Positions 1 to 12,871 of a stretch of 64,000 nucleotides of DNA are shown piece by piece. Below the pieces are notes generated by a model. The model was not told the DNA's origin. It was given only the letters and a program-made list of their open reading frames with translations, and made no database searches. The position numbers and the translations under genes were made by a program. This DNA comes from Podarcis vaucheri (Eukaryota): NCBI GenBank assembly GCA_965113315.1, contig OZ220363.1; one strand, 5' to 3'. The stretch's first letter is position 1. Each line of letters opens with the position of its first letter.

Positions 1-915
1 GAATTACGATACTCCAGGATACAAAAGCACATCAAAGAAACAGCTACCAAGTATTCTTCTGCTGAACTTTAAAACGTTCACATTTCATCCAAAATTTGCA
101 AAGGCTGATGACACAAAGACAGCTATGATCTCTACAGCAGGAGCTTGCAAGAGATAGTTATACATTAGAACCTTGCTATAGGGAATTCAGCCTATGAGTA
201 AGCAGTCTAGGGAAATTATATTGCAGAGGAAAGGACAGGATTAGCACTCTGGTTCACTGTGTGTTCTGTTTGACCTGCTGCTTGCTTTCCCCTTTATTTC
301 TAATAAAAGTTTCACAATTGGGCTGGTTGGATCAGTGTGTGACTGCCACGTGCCTAGATCACTTTGGGTCAAATGCTATTAGAAGCCTAGGGCCAGAGTG
401 GTAAAGCCAGGAATTTGCCATATTCCCAAGGAGAAACAGAAGGCTAGAAAGCAGGCGTTATGCTCTGCGTAACTGCAAGAAATTGGCTGGAAGCACGAGG
501 CAAGCTTTAAGTTCACTGGGTTTTCCGCGTTTCCCCCTTGTTTCTAGGGCTGTACATGACTTTAAAACAGGGTGGCGGCAGTAACTACCAGATAACAAGA
601 ACCAACTGGCAGCACTGCAGGGATGTTGTGCAGCAGCTGGGCAAGGAAGGTGGTGTGAAAGGCTATCCTGAGCACCCACCTTCTCCACACAATGCAGCTG
701 GCGCCATGTGCACTATTGTTCTTATCAGAACAGAAATATTGTGTGAGTTTGGTTATCTACTCTCCTGACATTTCTGTATTTACCCAAGAGCAGATGTTTG
801 GGGGAGCAATATATCTAAAAGCAAAAGGGCAAGGGGCACTGATGAAAACACACTGCTAAATATTAAAATACAACCAAGACTGCTGTTTCAGGAAAACAGA
901 AGAAGTAAAACTGAC

Positions 916-972
916 CTTATTCCAATACTTTTCCCCTTCAGAAAGCTGAGTACAGCTGGATCCGCACACCAC
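916..972 (-). CDS. UBR1: UBR1 exon 43 (57 nt)
   Basis: WCADPAVLSFLKGKSIGIR; cag acceptor, gtcagt donor. Confidence 0.9.
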
Positions 973-1129
973 CTGCATGTGAAATTCTCCATCAGGACAA
1001 TAATATATTGTAGCACTGTTCATCGCTAGCTTGGTCCCCAAAACTACCAGTTAAATTGGTGTTTTGCTACACATACTCATAACTGGAATCATTCCCTCTC
1101 CTGCCCTGAAGTGGTGTATAAATCCTGTC

Positions 1130-1220
1130 ACAGATTAGAAGTGTGCATGCACACAAAAGCTTATACCAAGAACAAACTTAGTTGGTCTCTAAGGTGCTAC
1201 TGGACAATTTTTTTATTTTC
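1130..1220. mobile_element. Penelope-like retroelement terminal fragment
   Basis: gaagtgtgcatgcacac..aagcttatacc..ttagttggtctctaaggtgctactgg resembles squamate Penelope termini (from memory). Confidence 0.55.
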
Positions 1221-1420
1221 TTATATATTCCAACTTTGACTTTCAGTTTGGCACACTGGATGCCCACAAAGATTTTAGGTCGGTATGACTGGCCAGCAAC
1301 CCCCAAAAGGTGTTTGCTTTTCCTAAAGCCATAAACAAAGGCAGAACCATCTCCCTTGATACAAAGGTGCTCAGATAACTAATGAGAACCAGGAACTTAA
1401 TTTTAGAAAACTAAGTTTTG

Positions 1421-1468
1421 ATATAATATAATATAATATAATATAATATAATATAATATAATATAATA
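1421..1468. repeat. (TATAA)n microsatellite
   Basis: about 9 tandem ATATA units. Confidence 0.95.
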
Positions 1469-2046
1469 ATAACTCATATTCAACACAGTTAAGTAAGCTG
1501 AAATATGTTAGGCTGCCTGTATTCAGGTTATGCCTGTTCTACCCCGAAAGACACATCAACACACTCTGTATCCTCACAGCCCATCCCCATCACATTTCTG
1601 GGTCTGCCCTTTTACCCCAGGGCAACTTTGCAAACTTGTTCCAAGTCTTCTGGATCAACAGACACCTTCATATGGCTTACCTATGGTCACAACACACAGT
1701 GGCCTAAGTTGTGCAATGATGGTGGCTAAATGATCCCACTTTGAGGCAGGGAGTTAGATTAGATCAGCCTTTGCCAACTTGGTTCCCCACTGGACATCCT
1801 GAAATATAACTCCCACCACCCCTAGCCAACTGTGAGGGCCAAGACTGGTGGGAATTGTAGTCCAAGACATCCAGAGGGCACCAAGTTGACAAAGGCTAGA
1901 CTAGACAGTCTCAATTCCACTGCACTCTATGGTTCCCAGCCCATTCTTTCTCACCCAGCCAACAGTTTCTGGATGTTGGGACAATCATATGCTCTATGTG
2001 AGAACCTGAAAAAACACGCAGATTTTTCTCCCAACAGCAGTCATAC

Positions 2047-2155
2047 CTCTGGAGCAAGGGCTCTATAGTATCCCAATATTCTTGAAAAAGCAAGAACAGA
2101 TTGGTGGGTAGAGACAAGTATCCACAAAGAGCCTTGAATTGGCCTTCTTCTGAAA
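2047..2155 (-). CDS. UBR1: UBR1 exon 42 (109 nt)
   Basis: SEEGQFKALCGYLSLPTNLFLLFQEYWDTIEPLLQR; AG/GT. Confidence 0.93.
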
Positions 2156-2923
2156 CTGCAAAGGAAAAAGATGTTAGACGTACCTTCAAGTGCAGCAACT
2201 AACATAAAAAAAACCTTTTTCTGTTAAAAGTGAGTACTCGGTGCAGATTTAGAAAGTAAAAATGTATCAGATGAAGACAATAGCCAATTTGGAATGACAG
2301 CCAGGAACTACTTTGGATAAGACTCTTGCGGCTGTGGAGGGAATGTCCGTAGGCACATTGAAAACTGTCAGTTATTTTTCTCCGTAAGTCAATGTGAACT
2401 GTTGTTGTGAATGCACAAATTGTAACCTCCCCATGTTAAGGAAGACTACAGCTGCCTCTGTGTGGGAAGATGTGGGAGCAAATTATTTTGGTGGTACCCC
2501 CTACTCTTTGTCGGGTGTGAATTTCTTAGTGCTGATGTGCCCGTTATGGAAGAGCAGATTTAGACTGAAGGTCTGGGAAGAAAGCACTTCGTATGAGAGA
2601 GGCAGTGAGAGTGTGGTCAGGACCATCTTGTGCCACTGAGGTTAAAGGTATTGCAGTCCAGAGCATTTAAGGCTTTATAGGTCAACATCAACACTTTGAA
2701 TTGGGCCTGGAAACTAACTGGCAGTCAGGATTGGTGTTGTATGCTCAAACAGTCTTACCCCGGTGAGCAGTGTTAAACTAGAGATTATTTATGGAGAAGG
2801 ATTTTTTAATATATATCAAAAGAACTTTTTGAAAACCACTTTGTAGTGGTTGATATACTATTCAGCACATTTTTAATCTGGAGTTACCTTGGCATGCTGA
2901 GATTACCATGCTCTGCTACTTAC

Positions 2924-3057
2924 CCGATGAAAGTTCTTCTGGTGGAGGCACTCCCAGCAAATAGTGGAAAAACAAAGCAGCACAACGGAGGTAGGGCATG
3001 ATGCCCTTCTTAATGCAATCCCACAAATACCAGCCTGCAACTGTTTGGCTATAACAA
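2924..3057 (-). CDS. UBR1: UBR1 exon 41 (134 nt)
   Basis: [43 protein letters not shown]; AG/GT. Confidence 0.93.
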
Positions 3058-4070
3058 CTGCAATAAAGATTTGAATATGTGTATTTAGTATCTTAGGTTG
3101 TCAACAACATTTAATTTATTCATTAAAATTCTATCTCGCACTTCCTCCCAAAGGAGTGCAGGGTGGCAACTAAGCAGAAAAACAATACAATTAAAAACCA
3201 AGTTGAAAACATTAAGTACATCTAAAAACATAGAAAAAGAGTCACATATTCTTCCTAACTAATGTTTTCAAGGTTGCCAGGCAAGCATCTTTCAGCTATC
3301 AATTGCCTGGAATATTTTAAAATCCCCTCTGAATGTTACTAGCGAAGGAGACAGACACACCTCACCATGGAGGGAGAACCACAAATTCCACAAATGGAGA
3401 GCCACCACCAAGGAGGTCTTGCCATGGGTCAGGTTTTAAAACATGATATAAATGCCTGACTGATTAAATACAAATGGTTTAATGGTGAAGATTAAAAAGG
3501 TCCCTCACTGAAAGAGAGATACTTTTTAAGCTGCTTTTTAATAAAATACCAATATTTCCGTCACACACAAATGTATATATACACACTTGAATGCTTTGCA
3601 GAGAAGTGATTACAGCACACTTCTAATCCTCCCCACTTCTTCTTCAAACCTCTGTGGTTCGAAGGAGAAATGGGATGGTAGTCTGAAAGCCATTTGTAAA
3701 CATCCCTGCTCAATGTTGTTTACAAGGTACTGTTTGAAAACCTGAAGTTCAACAATCAGGTGACTGACAGGTGAGTGGCCTAGCCTGCCTGTCAACTTTG
3801 GCCCATCAGGGGTGAGGAAGGTAAAGATCAGGTCCTCTTGCCAGAAAGGTTTCTCTACCCCTGCCCAAGAGCTTGAAGGCAGTTTTTAAAAAATGTAGAA
3901 GTAAAAAACTGTTACAGGAACTTTGCACATAGTATTACAACTATGTCAGATCCTGATTTGATAATCAACCTTTCTCCCTTCTTTCCTGGGGAATGTGAAA
4001 CATCAGTACAGTAAGGCAGCAATGCTACTCCATAAGAAAGAAAGAATCCCCAAATCGTATTAGGGCAATA

Positions 4071-4560
4071 CTTTTATTAAGCCAATGAAAAATGTTACAA
4101 AATGTGTGCAAGCTTTTGAATTCTCCATGACACTTCATCAGGCTAGAACTACAACTACAACTCATGACTACTGGCTATGATGGCTAGGAATGATGGGAGT
4201 TGTAGTCCAACAACATCTAGGCACCTGAAGTTGAGAAAAGCTGGTCTAGATTATAAACAAAGCAAGGTTTGGGGATGGGAGTGGGATACTTGGCTGGTGG
4301 TGAATGTATTGTGTCTTTCAGAAGCCTTAGGGGCAACTTCAAACCTGCACAACACCTCTCACAACCTCACTGGAATACTTGATACTTCCCTCCCATATTC
4401 CATTTTAAGACTCTGTCCAGACGCAGACTTCATTGTTTCACAACCAGCCACATTTTAAACTCCCCCCTAAGCTTTGTTTACCATCTACCCTAGTGAAGAG
4501 TTCTAGAGAACCTTAAAGCTGGCACACTATTTTGTGACATTTTGTTTGTCCTAATAAAGG
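4071..4560. mobile_element. Penelope-like element with inverted termini, containing a hAT-like fragment
   Basis: about 4071-4146 and 4490-4560 are degenerate reverse complements (ctttattaagcc..cttcatcaggctag / ctagtgaagag..cctaataaagg). Confidence 0.5.
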
Positions 4561-4619
4561 AGCTGGATTCAACACAATGCACTCCTTATCCATCAAAACG
4601 TTGCAGAGAAGCTACTTAC

Positions 4620-4707
4620 CCACTTGTGTACCTGCAAATTTCTTTACAGAAAGAATCAGCTGCTCGTGCTTCCTCACTGTCATGCTGTACTTGTGCAGAC
4701 AGGCACT
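4620..4707 (-). CDS. UBR1: UBR1 exon 40 (88 nt)
   Basis: CLSAQVQHDSEEARAADSFCKEICRYTSG; AG/GT. Confidence 0.9.
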
Positions 4708-6079
4708 CTGTGCAAAAAATAATTTTAAAAATACTTGGTCTTTCCCCTTAATAGTATTTACAAATTTTCATGTACTTTTTCTCTTTTATAACAATCCACT
4801 CTTTTTATATTATTGTTCAATTATTTATGTAATGCCATCAATGTGCATGGGAGAAACAGCATGTCCCAAGTCACTTCTAAATCCTGGACAAGCATAGAAG
4901 TGGACTATAATTTGCCTCAACTCCACAATGCCAGGCCAGACGGGAAATTAACCTTAAAGTCCAGAAGATATCCATGCAAATCAAAAGGCAGGCTGGAACT
5001 TGTGGTCACCGCCTTGATAATATTGTTGGGGCAGATGTCCTGATGCTGTTGACTAGAGTGAAACACAGAGTGGCAGTGGTGTAGACATGGGCAACACGCT
5101 TACAAAACTCCGCATTTAGCTTGTGGACGTCTAACACACAAAAGTAGGTAGATGGAGTAGCTTTCACACTGTCTCTTTTCAGGCCCTTTATTTAATCACT
5201 ACTTTACCAGAGATACCCAGTTAAAATTATGGAACCAAGCAAGTGGAGTTTTGGAGATATAAGACCCAGTCTTCTAAATCAAAATGGTTAAACTCGGGAC
5301 TATAAACAAGAGGAAAAGTTCCGTATGAAAAGATAGGAACTTTAAAAGCACGATTATACACATGTGCAATAACAGATGGGAAATCAAAAGCTGTATTCTG
5401 TTTCCTTTATTTAGGCACATATCTTTTCAGCATGAAGTTCACCAGTATGGAAGTTTCCAGTAAGTTGTTGATACTCTTATACAGCTGCCCTAGTCAATGA
5501 ACACAGTAACTGCTCTAAACAGATACATTGTAAACCAGGGGCCAATGGACAGGTTCACACATCCCTTTGTAACTTGGTTAAGGTTAACTATGGTTTAAAG
5601 ATAAACATGAAGCATGCTACGGCATGGAGCAAAACCTGCGGCTTAGCTTAGCATTACATTCAAATCCAGGCTCATGGTTTGTGTCTGTCCAAGCAAGCCA
5701 AAAGCTATAACTAAGGTTTCTTTTTGGCTTACTGGGCCTGATTTGTTTGGAGAGACACAAATCATCAGTCCAGGGATAGCACCTATATGCTCCACACAGT
5801 TGCTAGGGATAGGAAAGAGTTAGGTGTGTGCAACCACGCTTGGATTTTGTAGCTGGATGGAGGCAAGGGATAATTTTAAGACCCATTAAGGAAATTTCTA
5901 CTGTCGGCAGATCTTTTTCCTTGCCACTTAGATCTTGAATGTCAGCAAGTGAACACTCTACCTTACAAATATGTGGAACTATTTCTGAGAACTGGAAGGC
6001 ATAAAAGCCTCCTGCCGAAACATCTAAAAGTACTTTATTATGTTATCTAGAAAAACCTAAACACAAAAGATACCATTAC

Positions 6080-6230
6080 CTGTAGTTGTAGTGAGAATAA
6101 TTTGGGTTATGTGTGCCATAGTGACCAAGTGGAAGAGGTAGAGATTGTTACAGGCAGAGCTGATGGATGAAGGTTGTAAGTCCACAGTATCCTCCCAATA
6201 CAAAGATGGAAATGATAACACAGCACCAAC
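6080..6230 (-). CDS. UBR1: UBR1 exon 39 (151 nt)
   Basis: [50 protein letters not shown]. Confidence 0.93.
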
Positions 6231-6514
6231 CTAAAAAGGAAATAAGACACTGATAGGCCTGGCACTCATCACAAATTAAACTGTCCATTTGCAGGGGCAT
6301 TTTTTACATGGCAGACTCAAGGCTTAGGAAACAAACACAAGTCAAATCCAAAATGAATCAAAGGCACTCTCAAGGTAATTCTCACAAAGGACTGCCCACC
6401 CCCCAGGAACTGTTACAGACATGATTCCAGACTGTACAAGCCATGGAACTGATATCTGCACACAATCTCAAACTTTAAGAGCATCATCGCCAAGAGAATC
6501 CTACACACACTTAC

Positions 6515-6582
6515 CAAAACATGAAACAGATCCACGTCTAGAAGGGACGGTGTGTCTTCCGCTTTTAAACTGGGCAGAAGAA
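6515..6582 (-). CDS. UBR1: UBR1 exon 38 (68 nt)
   Basis: LLPSLKAEDTPSLLDVDLFHVL; tag acceptor, gtaagt donor. Confidence 0.92.
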
Positions 6583-6850
6583 CTACAAGAGCAAAATATA
6601 TATTAAATGGAAATTCTGACTGTCTGCTTTCAATAAAACAGATTGCAAAGAAAGGGTTTGCAATGATGTAAGATTCCCCGCCCCCGCCTTGTCAATTCTT
6701 GTTTCTTCAAGCTTACTAGGCGAAAAATAAAAACCCATAAAAGCTTATGCCTCTTATTTGAATTATGTTACTGTTTCAGAGAAGGACTCTTTCCAAGAAG
6801 ACTTTACTTATTTCCAAAACTTATAATGGGCGTAAAAAACACCATGTTAC

Positions 6851-6947
6851 CTCCTAGAAGACGTACAAGATGTTGCTGGATCAGGCTTTGTGGCAATGTA
6901 ATTCTCTGAGCAACTGCAAACTGCAGCAATGCTTTAAGACCACTGTG
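6851..6947 (-). CDS. UBR1: UBR1 exon 37 (97 nt)
   Basis: [32 protein letters not shown]. Confidence 0.93.
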
Positions 6948-7139
6948 CTAGAGGGTGAGGAGATAAAGGAGAAAGGTTTGGTTAGAACAGGGCTGTGCTT
7001 CCCCATCCCTATTCTCTAAAAATATTTGTGTTCCAGTGGCTGGAGATAGCAGCCAGGACCATGAAAGAAGTGTAATAAAGTGTAATAAACAGGGAGAAAT
7101 GTAAAGTATTGCACTTGGGCAAAAAAAATGAGATGATGT

Positions 7140-7496
7140 GGGACGCGGGTAGCGCTGTGAGTTAAACCACAGAGCCTAGGACTTGCCGATCAGAAGGTCA
7201 GCGGTTCGAATCCCCATAACGGGGTTAGCTCCCGTTGCCTCGGTCCCTGCTCCTGCCAACCTAGCAGTTAGAAAGCACGTCAACGTGCAAGCAGATAAAT
7301 AGGTACCGCTCCGGCGGGAAGGTAAACAGCGTTTCCGTGCACTGCTCTGGTTCGCCAGAAGCGGCTTAATCATGCTGGCCACATGACCCAGAAGCTGTAC
7401 ACCGGCTCCCTCGGCCAATAAAGCGAGATGAGCGCCGCAACCCCAGAGGCGGCCATGACTGGACCTAATGGTCAGGGGCCCCTTTACCTTTACCTT
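7140..7496 (+). mobile_element. Sauria SINE (Squam1-like), full length
   Basis: tRNA-like head with A box and ggttcgaatcc B box; (ACCTTT)n tail; homologous to copies at 14181, 21966 and 36822. Confidence 0.9.
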
Positions 7497-7523
7497 AACA
7501 ATTACATCCTTTATTGTTCCTAC

Positions 7524-7579
7524 CTGACGGTTTTGCAGAGAACCAAATAAAGGCTTGCCCTCATCTTCCAGAAGATTCT
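7524..7579 (-). CDS. UBR1: UBR1 exon 36 (56 nt)
   Basis: NLLEDEGKPLFGSLQNRQ. Confidence 0.93.
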
Positions 7580-8251
7580 CTGAAAAAGAAACAAAACTGG
7601 TAGTGAGTCATGTACTCTAATAAGTTAGGGAACCTGCTTGTTTTGGCTTTCAAACTCTTTTTAGCTTACTGTTCATTTTAATTAACTTTTGATCTATGGA
7701 AAGAGGTAACAAACTGGAGCAATGTCTTTGAATGAAAGTATCTAATTTTAACTACTTCAGGGAATGCACACAAATCTGTATGCTTGCTTCCAAGTCTGAA
7801 CACATTGTTCATATCAATTCTAGAGCAAATAAAATTAGGCTACTGTGCCATTTTGCAGTCTGTGGGAATTGAGCATTCCCAACTAAAACAGATTTTGAAG
7901 TGACTTGTTAAGTAGTCAAATGTCCATAGCATTAGTCAAATAAGTACGAGAAGCAGATCTTGAAAACACTTCCTCAAATTAAAACAAAAGCATTCCAACC
8001 TTTTGCCATTTTGGGGACCCCAGCATTTTGCTGTCAATTTTAAATGGGATAGCTTGATAATGGGGACTGTAAAAGTCTGATTTTTGTACAGTATTTGTAC
8101 ATGTTATATAGGATTTGCCCTGTAACAGTATTTTAGAAACTGCGTTGTAGTAGCTGTCTTATATTTTCAAGTTTAAAACCCTGGCTATTTTCATGTCTAA
8201 TATAATAAAAGCTGAAATCCAATTGTGAAAGGAATTCTATTTTTGATTTAC

Positions 8252-8400
8252 CTAAACACTGGATAGTAAACGCACATGTGCTCCAAGTCATCATAGGAAT
8301 GCGTGGATCAGTTTCATTGGGTGCAACTTTTAATCCAATTCTGTAAATTGCAGTGGCAAATAGAACCACCATCTCCTTGATACTATTAGAATACTTAACT
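8252..8400 (-). CDS. UBR1: UBR1 exon 35 (149 nt)
   Basis: [49 protein letters not shown]. Confidence 0.93.
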
Positions 8401-8847
8401 CTGTGGAGGAAGCCAGGAGAATGTCAGATTGTGAATAAGTGAGGCTGGATAAAGTTCAAAGAACTGATTATGAGAATATTTGCACAGTTGCATTTATTTG
8501 CATTTCATAATTATCTTTAACTCAGCAGTTCCCGGTAACAGGAAATCTTTCAGCTTTTGCTTGTTATTATAGACTTCTCTTAAGTGCTTATATCCTTAAG
8601 GTAAAAAACACAAGCTTTCCAAGTTATATCCTGAGATAACGGTGACCAATAATTAGATAAAACTCCGGCAGAGGTTTGCTTGATCAGAGATAATAATCAT
8701 AATGGCCCATACAAATGTTGTAGAATGTAGATATTTTAATGAAAATATTATTTTCCCCTAAGCAGAAATAATGCCCACTGTATAGATTCCAGATTTATTT
8801 TTTAAAAAAAATTAGTCTAAAGTAGTAATGTGATTCTTAACACTTAC

Positions 8848-8938
8848 AAAGGATCTACTCCAAAGCTAAGAATGGAATGGAAATCAGATGAAGTCTCTTC
8901 CATTTCTATGTCACGTAAAGATGGAGCAATCTGTTTTC
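8848..8938 (-). CDS. UBR1: UBR1 exon 34 (91 nt; alternative acceptor gives start 8941)
   Basis: KQIAPSLRDIEMEETSSDFHSILSFGVDP; gtaagt donor; tandem AAGAAG acceptor. Confidence 0.88.
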
Positions 8939-9442
8939 CTTCTTTTAAAAAGAGAAATAAATTCATGTGAGACTGAAGTTCAACTAAATGAAATAAAATT
9001 ATTTATTTTCTCTTATATACTTAAAAACATAAGGCTGTTGTCACGGTGCAGTTCATGTAGCTACCCTGTGTGCTGACAGGGCGGCAGGCAGCCGAGGCAA
9101 GCTGTTTAACAGAGGGGAGGTGATGCTTCACAGCGCGGTTTGGCGAAGTGCTCTCTGAAGTGCCTCTCCCCTCCTTTAAAAGGGGCAGGATGTTGGGACA
9201 AGCCGTGAGGAGAGAGGGAGGGGCCTGGGGCAAGCCTGGAGTGAGTGGAGCTTGGGATGAGCTGTGAGGAGAAGGAAAGGGGTGAGCTATGCAGAGATGT
9301 GCAAGGAGATGTGTGAGGTATAAAGAGAGGGGGAGTTGGTCAGGTATAAAGGGAGGAGAGGTTTGGAAAGGGGTTGGCAGGCAGAGCAAGCAGGGGCAGC
9401 AGTCCTTACTATGGTAAAAATTCTTAGATCATGAATGATAGA

Positions 9443-9691
9443 TTGGGGTCAGCAAAATTTTTCAGCAGGGGGTTGGTCCACTATCCCTCAGACCTTGTGG
9501 GGGGCCGGACTTTATTTGGGGGGGGGAATGAACAAATTCCTATGCCCCACAAATAACCCAGAGATGCACTTTATATAAAAGGACACATTCTACTCATGTA
9601 AAAGCACGCTGATTCCTGGACCATCCGCGAGCCGGATTTAGAAGGTGGTTGGGCCGGATCCGGCCCCCGGGCTGTAGCTTGCCTACCCATG
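9443..9691. mobile_element. hAT-like non-autonomous DNA transposon (MITE)
   Basis: termini ..ggggtcagcaaa / cttgcctacccatg and gggccggatccggccc subterminal palindrome typical of hAT MITEs. Confidence 0.7.
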
Positions 9692-10228
9692 GATTAAGAC
9701 ATAATAATTCTTACATAACAACCTATTAGATGTCATTAAGTGGTAAGTGCTATGTGCAGCTGACTCTATTAATATGCAAATGGATTAATCTTTGAATATC
9801 AATTTTCAGTCTAAGTCTGTGAGCTTCATTTGCAGAACAGTCAAAAAGCTAATAGAACACAACATTTTAAGGTGGGGCTGGGGGTACCAACCTAATATAA
9901 GAAAAACGGAGCCTATATCTTAAATGACTTCATGATTAGTATATACCTAAATAAAAATTCAATAAAAGTCTGCACCAGACTTCAGCGCTATCCAGCAACA
10001 CAAAACAATGGAATTATAAGCCCTTCAATTTGCATTCATAACTTTCCACACTCCGTTAGAGATGCACAACTTTAGAAGATATTTCAATCACTTATTTTTA
10101 GGGCAGACAATAGGATTGCAATGATCCTCAAAATGGTACCTCTAACCAATAGCAAAATAAAGTGTTTTATAAAGATCTGGCAACCTCCTAAAAACATTTT
10201 GAAAATGTTAAGTGTAACATATACAGAC

Positions 10229-10326
10229 CTTCGGTGTTTTTCTTGTTGTAACCAGATATCCTGGCCATAACAATCTCTATCCATTTTTTCAAAGACAGAA
10301 GCTGAACCACAACCTCGGCATCCTCA
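10229..10326 (-). CDS. UBR1: UBR1 exon 33 (98 nt)
   Basis: EDAEVVVQLLSLKKWIEIVMARISGYNKKNTE; weak gtctgt donor keeps phase. Confidence 0.88.
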
Positions 10327-10489
10327 CTGGCAATACAAAAAGGTAGTTGTAGTTTACACAAGTAGAGCAAAAAATATAACCCCTGGAGCCCAGTCTCAGA
10401 TGCTCGTGTCTTAAGAGAATTTAAACAGCTATTTAGTTATTTGGTTCAGATGTGAATAACTTCATTTTATAAAGCTTCTTCGAGACACT

Positions 10490-10770
10490 CAAAATTGATG
10501 GGTAAATAAAATAACAGAATGGGCCTTTTCTGTGGTGGCCCCTCACGTGTGGAATGCTCTGCCAGGGAGGCTCCCCTGGTGCCTTCATTACAATGCCAGG
10601 CAAAAATATTCCTCTTCTCACAGGCCTTTGGCTATTTAAACAATTTATGGCCTTTTAAACTGCAGGGGAGGGTACTGCTTTTGTTTGTTACTATGCTATG
10701 CATTTTTGTGTTTTCATATTGTAAACTTCCTTGTGATCCTCAGTTGAAGGGTGGTATAGAAATGTAATTC
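10490..10770 (+). mobile_element. L2 LINE 3' remnant
   Basis: gggccttttctgtggtggccc..tggaatgctctgcccagggag..caggcctttg motif shared with other L2 ends in the window. Confidence 0.6.
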
Positions 10771-11016
10771 GTCATCACCTTCATCGTCGTCATGTATTTT
10801 CCCCATACATGCAACAAGAAAACTGCTATCAGACTAAAATTGACATCCAGTGCCTTTAAAAATGTGTTGGGTGTGGGTGCGTGTGATTAGGTTCCTTTTG
10901 TTTTTATTTTGATTATGTATTTAGTGTTTTTATATTTTGCTTTTATCCTGTGAAATGCCCAGGTATAGAGCGGTATACAAAATTAATTAACGGGCTATTT
11001 AAATGTTTAAACTTAC

Positions 11017-11169
11017 CTGTTTATCTTGTGCATTTGCAAAGGAAGAATGGGTATCACAGTGTTGCACAGAGATTTGCAAAGTGGGCAAAGGTACTCTCCA
11101 TTCTCCAAGTCAAAAACTTGTTCGACATGATGTCGCTGCCGAGAGTTTAACTGAATGGCTTCAAAGTAC
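11017..11169 (-). CDS. UBR1: UBR1 exon 32 (153 nt; RING C-terminal half)
   Basis: [51 protein letters not shown]. Confidence 0.95.
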
Positions 11170-11736
11170 CTGCAATATTGAAACAGACAACCAAAAGAAA
11201 GTCTTTAGTGTTGAGTGTGAACAAGGAAAAGCAGAGTTATGATACCCTTTGTTGTTACACACTTGGCTTACTGTTATAACTTTGTTGTTGAGCATAAGCG
11301 AAAAGAGGGACAATGATCAGAACTTTGTACCCATCATACAAAACTTTGTACCATGTAAATGAACTATGGGGTACTGTGGGAGATAACAAGAAGTAGAGTG
11401 CAGTGAGAGAACTCAGGATCAAGCCCCAATAGGCAGTTTTGGAAGCAGAATTTCAAGAGCTCCAGGTTAATGTGATATCCCCAGCCTGTGCCCTCCAGAT
11501 ATTTTGGACCACAACTCTCCCCAGCCCCAGGCAAAACAGCCAATATTTTTGTCCAAATTTGTCTTTTGATTACACTTATGCTAGCCTGGTTTCATTTATG
11601 TTGCTGAGATACTTGAATCTGTTGGACATTAAATATGTCTTGAGATATGCTGGAAGAGATAGTTTCAAAATTGACTATAACTAAAGCAAAATAATAATAA
11701 TAATAATAATAAAGTTTGCTAAATGTATCTACTTAC

Positions 11737-11830
11737 TTCTGCCAGCAGGCAGCATGCATCACATGACCACAACTTCCTGTATGAGTGCCACATGACAAGT
11801 CAGGATCCATAAAAAGAGGATCTATTTTAT
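11737..11830 (-). CDS. UBR1: UBR1 exon 31 (94 nt; RING)
   Basis: [31 protein letters not shown]. Confidence 0.95.
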
Positions 11831-12256
11831 CTATTGAAGAAAAAATGATATGAAGGATGATTATATCATTTAGTGCCAAATGAAAGATTTTGCAAAGAAC
11901 TATTCAAGCAAAAATTCTGCCAGAGAAGCATCTTTTAAATCTTGTACATCTTATACAGTACACACTGAAAAAATAATTCTTGACCTTCTTTATTAACACC
12001 AACTAAGAAATGGACCATCAAATGAGATTTTGAGCTTTGCTCATACATTCAATATAGTTCAGGTTTGGGCAATTTTTCTTTCAATTAAAAGGGATAAAAC
12101 GGTTGATTTCTCAACTGCATTTGAGATGGCTTCTAAAACTATTCACATCAATGTTTCGTAACATGACTTTCAGTTCTGTAACTTGAGCTAACAAAATGAA
12201 ACCTGAAGCAATATTACTGCTTATGCAAGCAGGTGACTTGAAGACAGGATACATAC

Positions 12257-12459
12257 CCCCAGAAAGTTCAAGCATTCTCCCTCTATGTTGGGTTAAGGCA
12301 GTGGATCTCTGGACACAGGCAGATAAAACCATGGCAGCACACTCTAACCTCACTTCCTGCTCTTCCTGACACAGAATACATGTCAGCACTTCCTTTTCTG
12401 CAACAGATGGCCCTTGCTTGGGTCCCAAGGCAATTCTGGTATAATCTATAATTGGTGGG
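12257..12459 (-). CDS. UBR1: UBR1 exon 30 (203 nt; RING start)
   Basis: [36 protein letters not shown]...LELSG. Confidence 0.93.
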
Positions 12460-12689
12460 CTGTTATAAAGACACAACAAAAGTCAAACTAACATATTCCT
12501 GTCAGCAAACAATTATTTGCTATTTACATTTAAAATTTATACATTAATATTTAACCACATGCTGAATAGATGTTGATTATATCCCAACACCACGAGAGCC
12601 AATAAAACTGTCCAATGACTCCTAATTTTGTACTATTTTATATTATCAAAAGCTACTCCAAAATCTATTACTAATTGTCATTTTCCTAC

Positions 12690-12871
12690 CTCTCCTCTTC
12701 CATAACATCCCTTCCCTGTGTTTCTTGAGTATTTTCATATAAGAGCTTGTGAGTTTCAATGAAGTTCTTCTGCAAAGCAGACATCTGGGCCATGATCTTC
12801 TGGCGATGAAGTCTGGCTGCTTCGGCCTTTCTCTTCCTCTCAGCCTTTTCCTTGTCCTGAGTTCTTTGCAT
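12690..12871 (-). CDS. UBR1: UBR1 exon 29 (182 nt; basic-rich region)
   Basis: [47 protein letters not shown]...; aag acceptor chosen by phase. Confidence 0.9.

Noticed and set aside
1-915. UBR1 exon 44 (YPRKRN..) or an LTR ending aataaaagtttcaca
   Set aside because: No matching coding sequence found on the minus strand; no TG start or TSD identified for an LTR
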